A stretch of 64,000 nt of DNA from Nitrospirota bacterium. GTDB lineage: Bacteria; Nitrospirota; Nitrospiria; Nitrospirales; Nitrospiraceae. Each line of letters begins with the position of its first letter. Within the stretch, counting starts at the first letter, position 1. Position numbers and translations under genes: made by a program. A model generated the notes under the pieces. It was not told the DNA's origin, made no database searches, and was given only the letters and a program-made list of their open reading frames with translations. The stretch covers positions 3,547 through 67,546 of the forward strand of contig JAGWTI010000004.1 of the NCBI GenBank assembly GCA_028876065.1, written 5' to 3'. Positions 8,597 to 16,887 of the stretch are shown here, piece by piece.

Positions 8597-10919
8597 GGCC
8601 GTGTCTGCTCTTCAGCCGCTGCCGCACGACCTCGGCGACGGTGTTGACGGCGAACGTGACGACGAACAACAGCAGGGCGGCCAGGAACAAGACGCGGTAG
8701 AGGGTGCCGCCGTGCGGCGCTTCCGGGATCTCCACGGCGATGTTGGCCGAGAGGGTGCGAAACCCGTTGAACCAATTCCACTCCATGATCGGCGTGTTCC
8801 CGGTCGCCATCAACACGATCATGGTCTCGCCGATCGCCCGACCGAACCCGATCATGACGGCGGAGAAGATGCCGGGGCTGGCCGCGAGCAGCACCATGTG
8901 GACGACGGTTTGCCAGCGGGTCGCGCCGAGCGCCAGCGAGCCGGCGACGAGGTTGCGCGGCACGTTGGACAGGGCTTCTTCGGAGATGCTGTAGATGATG
9001 GGGATGATGGCCATGCCCATGACGATGCCCACCACCACCGCGTTGCGTTGGTCGTACCGCAGGCCGAACGCCTGCGCCAGCCACACCTTAAAGTTGCCCT
9101 GGAAGAGGATCTGTTCGATCGCGTCGTTGCCGAGCAGGCACAAGAGGATGCCGCCTGCCAGCAGCGGAATCAGCCAAAACGCTTCGGCGCCGTGGTGAAA
9201 ACGATGACGGAACGACCGGGGGCAGAGGCGCCAGAGAAAGGCCGCGAGCAGGACCAGGGTCGGCAGCACGACGGCCATGCCGACGAGCGCCGGGAAGAGC
9301 CGCTCCAGCAAGGGGGCCAGCCAGAGCCCGGCCAGGAAACCCAGGACGACGGTGGGCAGGGCCGCCATCATTTCGATGGCGGGCTTGATCGCGGCGCGCA
9401 GGGAGGGATGCATGAACTGCGAGGTGAACAGCGCCGCCAGGATGGCGAGCGGAATGGCCAGCAGGAGCGCATAGCAGGTACCTTTGAGCGTGCCGAAGGC
9501 CAGCGGAGCCAAGCCCAGCTTGGGTTCGAAATCGTCCGAGCCGGACGAGGACTGCCACACCTGCGCCGGCCCGTCGTAGCCTTCGTACCAGACCGGCCTG
9601 AACAGCGTTCCCCAGGTCACTTCCGGGTGGGGATTGTGAAGGTCGTACAAGGTCAGCCGGCCTCCGGCATCGTAGGTCAGCAGGCCGTCGGCTTTGGGCG
9701 CGAGGGCCACCGAGACCAGGGGAGCCCCCGTCCCGGGCAACTGCAGCAGCGTCCGTTCGGACGTGGCGTGACGGAGGTAGGCAGCACCGAGCGCGTCTCC
9801 GGTCACGAACCCCTTGTCACGTTGCGAGGAGGAAAACGTCGTGACGGAAGCCCGTTGAGGGCCGAAGCGGTGATTTTGCCGGAGCGCCCAGCCGCCCGGC
9901 TGGCTGGGATCGCGGACTTGTACCCAGGTGGACACGGATCCGTTCCTGGTCATGACGACGAGCGAGCGGTCGCCGATCAGGAATCCCAATTGGGTGACGG
10001 CATCGTCCGTTCCTTCGGCCGGATAGGCGCCGGCCCACTCGGCGCGGTCCGGCGTCGTGAGCCGAACATGGTGGACCTGGCCTTGATCTGTGCCGACATA
10101 GAGATTCAGCAGGGGGGCATCCAGGGCGACGGCGGAAAGCCGGCCTTGCACCTGCGGGAGTGGAACCCTGGAGAGCCCCGCTTCGGAGCCGTGTTCGTCC
10201 GACTCCGATCCCAAGCGGATCAGGGCCAATTCGCCGGACTCTGTGACGGCCGCGATGCCGCTTCCGTGGTCGCCCGCGCGGTAGGCCAGGGCGGTGATCG
10301 GGACGTCGGCCAGCTTGATCGGCGTTGCGGCGGCGATGGAGGGTTGTTTGGCTCTGGCGCCGGATTCGAGCCGAACAGTGGTGATGGCGATCTTGATCGG
10401 AATGACGAGCCCGTCGGCGGTTCCGACCATGTGGCCGGAGAGGGGATTGCCGGATTGCGCCATGGCCGTGATGCGTTTGCCTTGTAACGCAGGCGGCAGC
10501 TCGACGGGCATCACCCGCCCGCTCTCGAGCTCCAGAAAGACGATCCCGTCTTGCTTGATCACGTAGGCCAGATTCCGATGTTCGTCCAGTCCGATCAAGG
10601 CCGGCTCGTCGGCGGCGGGAGGCTTGGCCAGGGAGGTCTGGGCGATCGGTCGGGCGGTCGCCGGCAGGAAGAGGGGAGCCACTTCCATGACGAGAAATGC
10701 CAGCATCGCCAAGATGCTCGCGATCACCGCGATGCCGCCTAAACTGATGATCCGTTTGGCCAACCGATCGAGGAAGGGGCGGAGCCAAATGGTATGGATG
10801 GAGACAGGCAGGGGCGCGCGACGTCTCGGTGCCGGTTGGCGGGCTGTCGTTTCAGGGCGGCGCGACGGCTGGGGAAGGAGGAGCAACCGGGCTTCTTGAT
10901 CTTTCACCACATCCGCCAT
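8589..10919 (-). CDS. pstC: Phosphate ABC transporter permease PstC, long form with an N-terminal periplasmic domain of about 430 aa
   Basis: C-terminal permease core 'EALSNVPRNLVAGSLALGATRWQT...GRAIGETMIVLMATGN'. ATG at 10919. The ORF-track start at 10937 is a TTG. Neither start has a clear SD. Confidence 0.9.
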   Translation of the reverse strand: MADVVKDQEARLLLLPQPSRRPETTARQPAPRRRAPLPVSIHTIWLRPFLDRLAKRIISLGGIAVIASILAMLAFLVMEVAPLFLPATARPIAQTSLAKPPAADEPALIGLDEHRNLAYVIKQDGIVFLELESGRVMPVELPPALQGKRITAMAQSGNPLSGHMVGTADGLVIPIKIAITTVRLESGARAKQPSIAAATPIKLADVPITALAYRAGDHGSGIAAVTESGELALIRLGSESDEHGSEAGLSRVPLPQVQGRLSAVALDAPLLNLYVGTDQGQVHHVRLTTPDRAEWAGAYPAEGTDDAVTQLGFLIGDRSLVVMTRNGSVSTWVQVRDPSQPGGWALRQNHRFGPQRASVTTFSSSQRDKGFVTGDALGAAYLRHATSERTLLQLPGTGAPLVSVALAPKADGLLTYDAGGRLTLYDLHNPHPEVTWGTLFRPVWYEGYDGPAQVWQSSSGSDDFEPKLGLAPLAFGTLKGTCYALLLAIPLAILAALFTSQFMHPSLRAAIKPAIEMMAALPTVVLGFLAGLWLAPLLERLFPALVGMAVVLPTLVLLAAFLWRLCPRSFRHRFHHGAEAFWLIPLLAGGILLCLLGNDAIEQILFQGNFKVWLAQAFGLRYDQRNAVVVGIVMGMAIIPIIYSISEEALSNVPRNLVAGSLALGATRWQTVVHMVLLAASPGIFSAVMIGFGRAIGETMIVLMATGNTPIMEWNWFNGFRTLSANIAVEIPEAPHGGTLYRVLFLAALLLFVVTFAVNTVAEVVRQRLKSRHGHA

Positions 10920-10963
10920 GGGTGTAATCGCAACCAACGGTTTTTGGTTTCGAATAGATGGCG

Positions 10964-11017
10964 AGCATAGGCGGCCGCCGTTTCCGGCTCGTTTCCCGGT
11001 CGTTAATAGCGTGTTAA
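10964..11017 (-). promoter_or_regulatory. Candidate Pho-box promoter: four direct repeats phased at exactly 11 bp, followed by a -10-like TATGCT
   Basis: The minus strand reads TTAACAC-GCTA-TTAACGA-CCGG-GAAACG-AGCCG-GAAACG-GCGGCCGCC-TATGCT. The AAC cores fall at positions 3, 14, 25 and 36. The last repeat ends 9 nt before the -10 hexamer. The site is 27-98 nt upstream of the pstC starts. Confidence 0.4.
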
Positions 11018-11018
11018 A

Positions 11019-11243
11019 TCAATGAACGGGAACCGGACGCCGGCGGGCGAGAGAGACTTCGTACTCAAAGCCGCGGCGGCGGAGGAGAATGGCTCCGCGT
11101 CTGCTGAGGCCGTCGATAAGATGGAACAATTCACACCAGGTCAGCTCGGGCAGGGCGGCCGCGACTTGTTCGATGGTCAGGCACCCGGCGCGATCCAGCA
11201 GTTGAAGCACCAAGGACTCGTTGCGAGAAACGGTGCAGGGCAT
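11019..11243 (-). CDS. Small (74 aa) winged-helix-like protein, function unknown
   Basis: ATG at 11243..11241 with an AGGGGG SD at 6 nt spacing. 'LVLQLLDRAGCLTIEQVAAALPELTWCELFHLIDGLSRRGAILL' has an HTH-like pattern. A paralog lies at 37206..37499. Confidence 0.55.
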   Translation of the reverse strand: MPCTVSRNESLVLQLLDRAGCLTIEQVAAALPELTWCELFHLIDGLSRRGAILLRRRGFEYEVSLARRRPVPVH

Positions 11244-11281
11244 GAGCGCCCCCTTTGTTGTAACCGGTCGATGACGAGAGG

Positions 11282-11485
11282 TTACCCGATGGCTCGGGCA
11301 ACCTCTCGATGGATGGCGAGCGACAGATCCTTGCTCGCGCATCGATAGACGGGACAGGGCTGATGGAGTCCCGTTTCGCAGTACTGCATCCGCTCGCTCA
11401 AGCTCGGCTTGAACGGCACGATGATCGCATAGCACAGGGCCGTCGTTCCGCTCGTCTCCTGGTCCACAAAATGCGGACAGCTCAT
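11282..11485 (-). CDS. Small (67 aa) Cys-rich protein, function unknown
   Basis: ATG at 11485..11483 preceded by a strong AAGGAGGTGA SD. Five Cys residues (C3, C18, C36, C43, C48). The ORF-track extension to 12013 is unlikely. Confidence 0.55.
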   Translation of the reverse strand: MSCPHFVDQETSGTTALCYAIIVPFKPSLSERMQYCETGLHQPCPVYRCASKDLSLAIHREVARAIG

Positions 11486-11831
11486 GTCATTCACCTCCTT
11501 TCTTTGCGGTTTCCTCGCCCCGGGTGCCCTTCCCAGGGGGCACACCCTGGAAAGGACCCGAGGCTCACAGGGGAACGTGACGATCGCCAGTCTAGATGTT
11601 CGGCGTCTCATTCTGATTAAGCGCAGATTGCCGGCAGGTAAATTTTGGAGGCCGAATGCCGATTGAGCCGTCTTGGCTGGACCGGGGAACGGAGCGCCGG
11701 GCCAGCGAGGCGGGTGCACAATTAACGGGAAGTTAACTTGAGGGGATTGCCGCCGTTCCGATATAGCCTCCAGCGGGACCGTCCGAGATCGTCCACGGCA
11801 GGCCGCGGAAACGGCACAAGGAGAATCCACT

Positions 11832-13688
11832 ATGGCGCAGCCGGACGAGGGGGCAGGAACAGAATCAGCCTGTGCAGGCCGGAGCGTGGAACGATGGGTC
11901 CATGCGGGCGGCCTCGTGGAAACGGCGGAGACGGTCAGGAAATACTTGATGGCCGTGTCGCCGGTTTCACCGGACGTGCCCGGCCGGGACGTCCATGCGA
12001 TGTTCGTCGCCAATCATCGGCTGCACATGCTGCCGGTCGTGCAAGCGGGGGTGCCCCAGGGGGTGGTCTCCCGCTACAAGTTCATCGAGCGCATGTCGAA
12101 GCCCTATGCCCTCGATTTGTTCGGACGGCAGCCGGTGTCTCAATTGATGGATCCGTCCCCTTTTCTCGTGGATCATCGCATGACGCTCGACGAGTTGAGC
12201 CAAGCCATCGTCGATGCGGATGGGGAATTGCTCGTCGAGAGCTTCGTCATCACCGAAAACGGGCGATATGCCGGCATCGGAACGGCGCACAGCCTCATCC
12301 GAGAATTACGGGGCCGCCGGCAAGCTCATCTGAATTATCTGGCCCACTATGACCATCTCACAGGCTTGCCCAATCCGCGGCTCTTTCATGACCGTCTCAG
12401 GCAAAGTTTGGCTCACGCCCAGCGAAGCGGGAAGATGGTGGCCGCCCTGTTCGTCGATCTGGACAAGTTCAAAACCGTCAACGACACGATGGGGCATGAA
12501 GCGGGCGACCGGTTGCTCAGGGCCGCCGCCGAACGGATTGCCGACCGCTTGCGCAAGGGGGATACCGTCGCTCGCCTGGGGGGCGACGAATTTGGGATCA
12601 TTCTTCCTGACATCGAAAGGCGGCAGGACGCCGCGATCGTCGCGGAGAAGTTGCTCGAGGCCTTTTCCCCTGCCTATTCGATAGGAGGCTCGGACCTCTA
12701 TGTTTCGTGCAGTATCGGGATTGGTTGCTATCCCGGCGACGCCGACGAGGCGATGCGTTTGGTCCGGTGTGCGGATCGAGCCATGTATCAGGCGAAGGAG
12801 TGCCGGAACACGTATCAATTCTATTCTCCGGAAATGAGGGCTACGACAGAAGGGCGCCTGTTCTCCTACGAACACCTCCGGCAGGCCTTGAAGCAACGCC
12901 AGTTCTCGGTCCACTACCAGCCACAAGTCGATTTCCGAACCGGCCGCATGTATGGGGTGGAAGCGCTGTTGCGCTGGCAACACCCGGATCTGGGGTGGGT
13001 GTCTCCCGCGGACTTCATCCCATTGGCGGAAGACACGGGCCTCATGATGCCGATCGGGGAGTGGGTGCTCCGAACAGCCTGCGCGCAACTGCGCGCCTGG
13101 CAAGCGGCCGGGGGGCCTTGCGTGCGCATGGCCGTCAATATCTCCGCCGTACAGTTCAAGCACGAGGGTTTCCTCGATTTGGTCCGACGGATAGTCGAAG
13201 AAACGGGTGTGGAGCCCTGCCATCTGGAGCTGGAGATCACCGAAAGCGGGCTCATGCGTCAAGCGCCTGCGACCGTTGCGACGTTGCAACGGATCAAGTC
13301 CATGGGCCTGCGTCTCTCCGTGGACGACTTCGGCACAGGCTACAGTTCGTTGAGTTATCTGCACGCCTTTCCGCTCGACGCGTTGAAAATCGATCGAGTC
13401 TTCGTGCGCGACATCGCGGCGGACGGCAATGGCGGTGCGATCGCCAGGGCGATCGTTTCCCTGGCGCACAGCCTGAACTTGCACGTGGTTGCGGAAGGGG
13501 TTGAAACCGAGGAACAGCTTCGGTTTCTTCGGCGAGAAGGCTGCGATGCGGGGCAGGGATTTTTCTTCGGACGTCCTGTTCCCGGCGAGGAACTGGTCGC
13601 ACGGTCCGGCGATATCATGGGTCAGCGGGCGCCAGATTGCGCCGACGGGTCGCTCCGTCGACGGACCCGCCGAGAAGGCGCGGACTAA
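11832..13688 (+). CDS. CBS-pair / GGDEF / EAL c-di-GMP turnover protein (618 aa)
   Basis: ATG at 11832 with an AAGGAGA SD. 'RKGDTVARLGGDEFGIIL' carries RxxD five residues before an intact GGDEF. EAL motifs present: 'VEALLRW', 'DDFGTGYSSL', 'EGVET', 'QGFFFGRP'. Confidence 0.9.
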   Translation: MAQPDEGAGTESACAGRSVERWVHAGGLVETAETVRKYLMAVSPVSPDVPGRDVHAMFVANHRLHMLPVVQAGVPQGVVSRYKFIERMSKPYALDLFGRQPVSQLMDPSPFLVDHRMTLDELSQAIVDADGELLVESFVITENGRYAGIGTAHSLIRELRGRRQAHLNYLAHYDHLTGLPNPRLFHDRLRQSLAHAQRSGKMVAALFVDLDKFKTVNDTMGHEAGDRLLRAAAERIADRLRKGDTVARLGGDEFGIILPDIERRQDAAIVAEKLLEAFSPAYSIGGSDLYVSCSIGIGCYPGDADEAMRLVRCADRAMYQAKECRNTYQFYSPEMRATTEGRLFSYEHLRQALKQRQFSVHYQPQVDFRTGRMYGVEALLRWQHPDLGWVSPADFIPLAEDTGLMMPIGEWVLRTACAQLRAWQAAGGPCVRMAVNISAVQFKHEGFLDLVRRIVEETGVEPCHLELEITESGLMRQAPATVATLQRIKSMGLRLSVDDFGTGYSSLSYLHAFPLDALKIDRVFVRDIAADGNGGAIARAIVSLAHSLNLHVVAEGVETEEQLRFLRREGCDAGQGFFFGRPVPGEELVARSGDIMGQRAPDCADGSLRRRTRREGAD

Positions 13689-15493
13689 TCGGTGAGAACC
13701 TTGCGCACTTTGCGTGTTAATGCGTCCGGGGTGAAGGGTTTTTGCAGAAAAGCCAGGCCTGAGTCCAGGACGCCGTGGTGAACGATTGTACTGTCCGTGT
13801 ACCCCGACATATACAGGACCTTCAGGTCCGGCCGTTGCCGGGTGAGCTGTTCGGCCACGTGTTTGCCGCTGCCCCCCGGCATGACCACGTCGGTCACCAA
13901 CAGATGGATCTGACTCCGGTAGCTGGCGCCGATCGTGAGCGCCTCTTCCGGAGAGGCGGCTTCCAGCACGAGATAGCCGCGCTCCGCCAAAACGGACCGG
14001 ATGAGCGACCGGACGGCCGCCTCGTCTTCGACCAGCAGGATGGCTTCGGTTCCGAAGTGGCTGTGCTCGATCGACGCCGCCTCGACGCGATCCGGCACGC
14101 AGGGGGCGACCCGCGGGAGATACACTTTGAACGTCGTGCCGAGTCCCGGTTCGCTGTAGACCCAGATCGACCCTCCGCTTTGCTTGACGATTCCGTAAAC
14201 GGTGGACAGCCCGAGGCCCGTGCCCTTTCCCGGTTCTTTCGTCGTGAAGAAGGGCTCGTAGATATGCGCCAGCGTCTCGGAATCCATCCCGCAGCCCGTG
14301 TCGCTCGCGGCCAACATGACGTGCGGGCCGGCTTGCGCGCCGGGGTGCCGGCTTGCGTAGTTCTCGTCCAGCTCGACTGGGGCGGTTTCGATGGTCAACG
14401 TTCCTCCCTGCGGCATGGCATCCCGGGCGTTGGCCGCGAGATTCAACAACACCTGGTCGATCTGTCCCGGGTCTGCTGTGACGGCGCCTATTTGTCCGAG
14501 AGCCAACGTGAGCCGGATATCTTCGCCGATGAGGCGCTGGAGCATGGCGCTGATCGCCGTGATGGATTCGTTGAGATCCAGGACTTTGGGTTGCAGCACC
14601 TGCCGCCGGCTGAACGCCAGCAATTGGCTGGTGAGGGCGGCAGCCCGGTTGCCGGCTTGCTTGATCTGCTCGACATACTTCCGCTGGCGATCACTCATGT
14701 CCGGTTTCTTGAGCAGCACCTCGCTGTACCCCGTGATCACCGTCAGTAAGTTGTTGAAGTCGTGGGCGATGCCTCCGGCCAGCCGTCCGACGGCTTCCAT
14801 TTTTTGTGATTGACGAAGGTTCGCTTCGCTGACCCGCAGCGCCTCCTCCGCATGATCGCGCGCCTGGATGTATCGGTGGAGGCGGCGGTAGATGAACCAG
14901 AGCAGGGTAAAGGCGATCAGCGCCGTGGCAGCGAAGGTGACGGCGGTCTGACGGGTGTTGGCCTGCGCTTCCTGGACTTCTTCTTGGAGTCGCGTGCGGT
15001 TGGCCCGTTCCATGGTCGCGATCAGGCGTTCGATGTCTTCGATCTTGTATTTGGCGGGACCGTAGACGACGCTCCGCAAGGCGGCGTCAAACCCCTTCAC
15101 CCGCCGCAAGTCGGTCGTTCGTCTGAATTCCGTCAGGGTATAGGCGATGAGCGGTTCCAAGCTGTCCAGTTGCCGTTGTTGGAGTGGGTTGTCCGTCGTC
15201 AGTGTTCGGAGCCGGAGCAAATGATCTCTGACCGATGGGCCCGCCAAATCGAATGCGGCCAGGTACGGCTCTTCGCCGGTCAGGAGGTAGGCCCGCTGGC
15301 CTGCCTCGGCGTCCTTCAGGATCGAGAGCACCGTCTGCAATTCCGAGAGAATTTCATACGTTCGAATGTGGGAATCTCTGATGTGGAACAGCCGGTCGGT
15401 GTTGTAACTCAGCACGAGGATGTTCAGCACGAGCACCAGCGCCACAAAGATGAACCCGATCGTCAGTCTTCTGTTGATGGGCGTTTGTCGCAT
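13685..15493 (-). CDS. Hybrid sensor histidine kinase/response regulator with a CHASE3-type periplasmic sensor (602 aa)
   Basis: ATG at 15493..15491. TM, CHASE3-like region, TM, then 'GGIAHDFNNLL' (HisKA), 'GTGLGLS' (HATPase) and a C-terminal REC ('ILLVEDE...LVTDVVMPG'). The upstream ORF extension to 15991 is rejected. Confidence 0.9.
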   Translation of the reverse strand: MRQTPINRRLTIGFIFVALVLVLNILVLSYNTDRLFHIRDSHIRTYEILSELQTVLSILKDAEAGQRAYLLTGEEPYLAAFDLAGPSVRDHLLRLRTLTTDNPLQQRQLDSLEPLIAYTLTEFRRTTDLRRVKGFDAALRSVVYGPAKYKIEDIERLIATMERANRTRLQEEVQEAQANTRQTAVTFAATALIAFTLLWFIYRRLHRYIQARDHAEEALRVSEANLRQSQKMEAVGRLAGGIAHDFNNLLTVITGYSEVLLKKPDMSDRQRKYVEQIKQAGNRAAALTSQLLAFSRRQVLQPKVLDLNESITAISAMLQRLIGEDIRLTLALGQIGAVTADPGQIDQVLLNLAANARDAMPQGGTLTIETAPVELDENYASRHPGAQAGPHVMLAASDTGCGMDSETLAHIYEPFFTTKEPGKGTGLGLSTVYGIVKQSGGSIWVYSEPGLGTTFKVYLPRVAPCVPDRVEAASIEHSHFGTEAILLVEDEAAVRSLIRSVLAERGYLVLEAASPEEALTIGASYRSQIHLLVTDVVMPGGSGKHVAEQLTRQRPDLKVLYMSGYTDSTIVHHGVLDSGLAFLQKPFTPDALTRKVRKVLTD

Positions 15494-15534
15494 GAGACCG
15501 TCCGAAATAGCCGCCTGAAGTGAGCTGCAATCGC

Positions 15535-15957
15535 TCAGACGACTTCTCGATCTATGTCCCCGTGGACGGGGGAGAAGCGCACGGCCAGGACTCGCATGAC
15601 GCCCAGCGTGAGAATCGTCGCGCCGAGAATGGCCAGATGGATGACCTCGCCCCCCTTGAACCATTGGGCGATCACCTCGGTCAGCATGACGACGAGGATC
15701 GTGTCTACGATGAAGGTGACTTTGACCCGCCCCTCGGAGAAATAGGTGAGCGTGGTCTTGAACAGTTCCACGACGGCGAGAATGATCAAGGTGTCGATGA
15801 TGACCTGGCGCAAGGCCACCTCGACGGGGCTGCGCAAGAGCAGCCCCAGGTCCAGAAAGGTCTTGGCCACGCCGCCGGTCAGCGCCGCGAGGATCGTGAC
15901 GATGAGCAAGCTGAGGACCAGCTTGATGCCTTTCGTCCAGAGTGTGGTCAAGTCCAT
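15535..15957 (-). CDS. PsiE-like (phosphate-starvation-inducible E family) small integral membrane protein
   Basis: Four predicted TM helices. 'VELFKTTLTYFSEGRVKVTFIVDTILVVMLTEVI' resembles the PsiE-family core; this rests on recollection, not a search. ATG at 15957; alternative ATG at 16050. Confidence 0.45.
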   Translation of the reverse strand: MDLTTLWTKGIKLVLSLLIVTILAALTGGVAKTFLDLGLLLRSPVEVALRQVIIDTLIILAVVELFKTTLTYFSEGRVKVTFIVDTILVVMLTEVIAQWFKGGEVIHLAILGATILTLGVMRVLAVRFSPVHGDIDREVV

Positions 15958-16039
15958 CGCGAAGACGCGTCCCATCGCTCCCCCGAAGCACGCGCAGCCG
16001 TGCGAGAGCCTCGGCCAGACCGGCAGCGTGGCGGTTTTC

Positions 16040-16423
16040 TCAGAACTCATCGACCGACACCGGGTGCAACAGGTCCCGCACCGAGAGCACGCCGACGATC
16101 TGGTTGGCCTTGAACACGGCCAAGTGCCGGGTGCCGTTGCGCTCCATCAGGTCGGCGGCCTCGGTGATCGGGCTTCGCTCGTCGACGCCGATGACCGGGC
16201 TGCTCATGATGTCCTTGACGCGAATGTGATTGGCCGCGAGGCTCATGCCGACGACGTCGCGCACGAGGTCCGATTCGGTCACGATCCCGACGATCGCGCT
16301 GTCCTGCTCCACGAACACGCTGCCGATGCGCCGTTCCCGCATGAGCTTGGCCGCGTCCAGGGCGGTCGCCGAGTGCGGCACCTTGGCCAGGTTGCGTTTC
16401 ATCAGGTGTAAGGCCGTGAGCAT
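16040..16423 (-). CDS. CBS-pair domain protein (127 aa)
   Basis: ATG at 16423..16421 with a GAAGGAGG SD. Two CBS motifs ('IGSVFVEQDSAIVGIVTESDL', 'HLAVFKANQIVGVLSVRDL'). Confidence 0.85.
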   Translation of the reverse strand: MLTALHLMKRNLAKVPHSATALDAAKLMRERRIGSVFVEQDSAIVGIVTESDLVRDVVGMSLAANHIRVKDIMSSPVIGVDERSPITEAADLMERNGTRHLAVFKANQIVGVLSVRDLLHPVSVDEF

Positions 16424-16455
16424 AGGGTCCTCCTTCTTGAGCGATGGCGGTTGCG

Positions 16456-16659
16456 TCAGGGGTGGCACTGGCACCATGTCGTTGGGCGGCGGGCGGTGCG
16501 CCGGAGGCTCATGCCGATCACCAGCGGCGTGAGCCGGCCGTCCGCCTGTTTAATGCGCAGCAGGGGATAGAGCCGCTTAGGGGTCATGCCGGACAAGGTC
16601 GCGAGCGCATAGACGAACAAGGCCAGCAGCCCCACGGTGATGACGAACAATGTGATCAT
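16456..16659 (-). CDS. Small (67 aa) membrane protein, hypothetical
   Basis: ATG at 16659..16657 with a GAGGAGGG SD. N-terminal TM helix 'ITLFVITVGLLALFVYALATL'. Confidence 0.45.
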   Translation of the reverse strand: MITLFVITVGLLALFVYALATLSGMTPKRLYPLLRIKQADGRLTPLVIGMSLRRTARRPTTWCQCHP

Positions 16660-16887
16660 CGCTCAACCCTCCTCAATCTGCGTATTTCATCTCGTGCCGA
16701 CGTGATCATGCCTTCTATTCGTTCCTGTTGAGTCAACGGCGCGTAAAATCTCGGTTAAATCGTGAAAGGGAAAGGATGGGTATGACCCAGAGTCAAAAGG
16801 GTCGAGCGAGCGATTGCGAGGAGGGCCGCCGGTGGAATGAAGCCGCCGGGATGTCTCGCAGGTCCATTTTCGAGGGCACCAGCCCGC

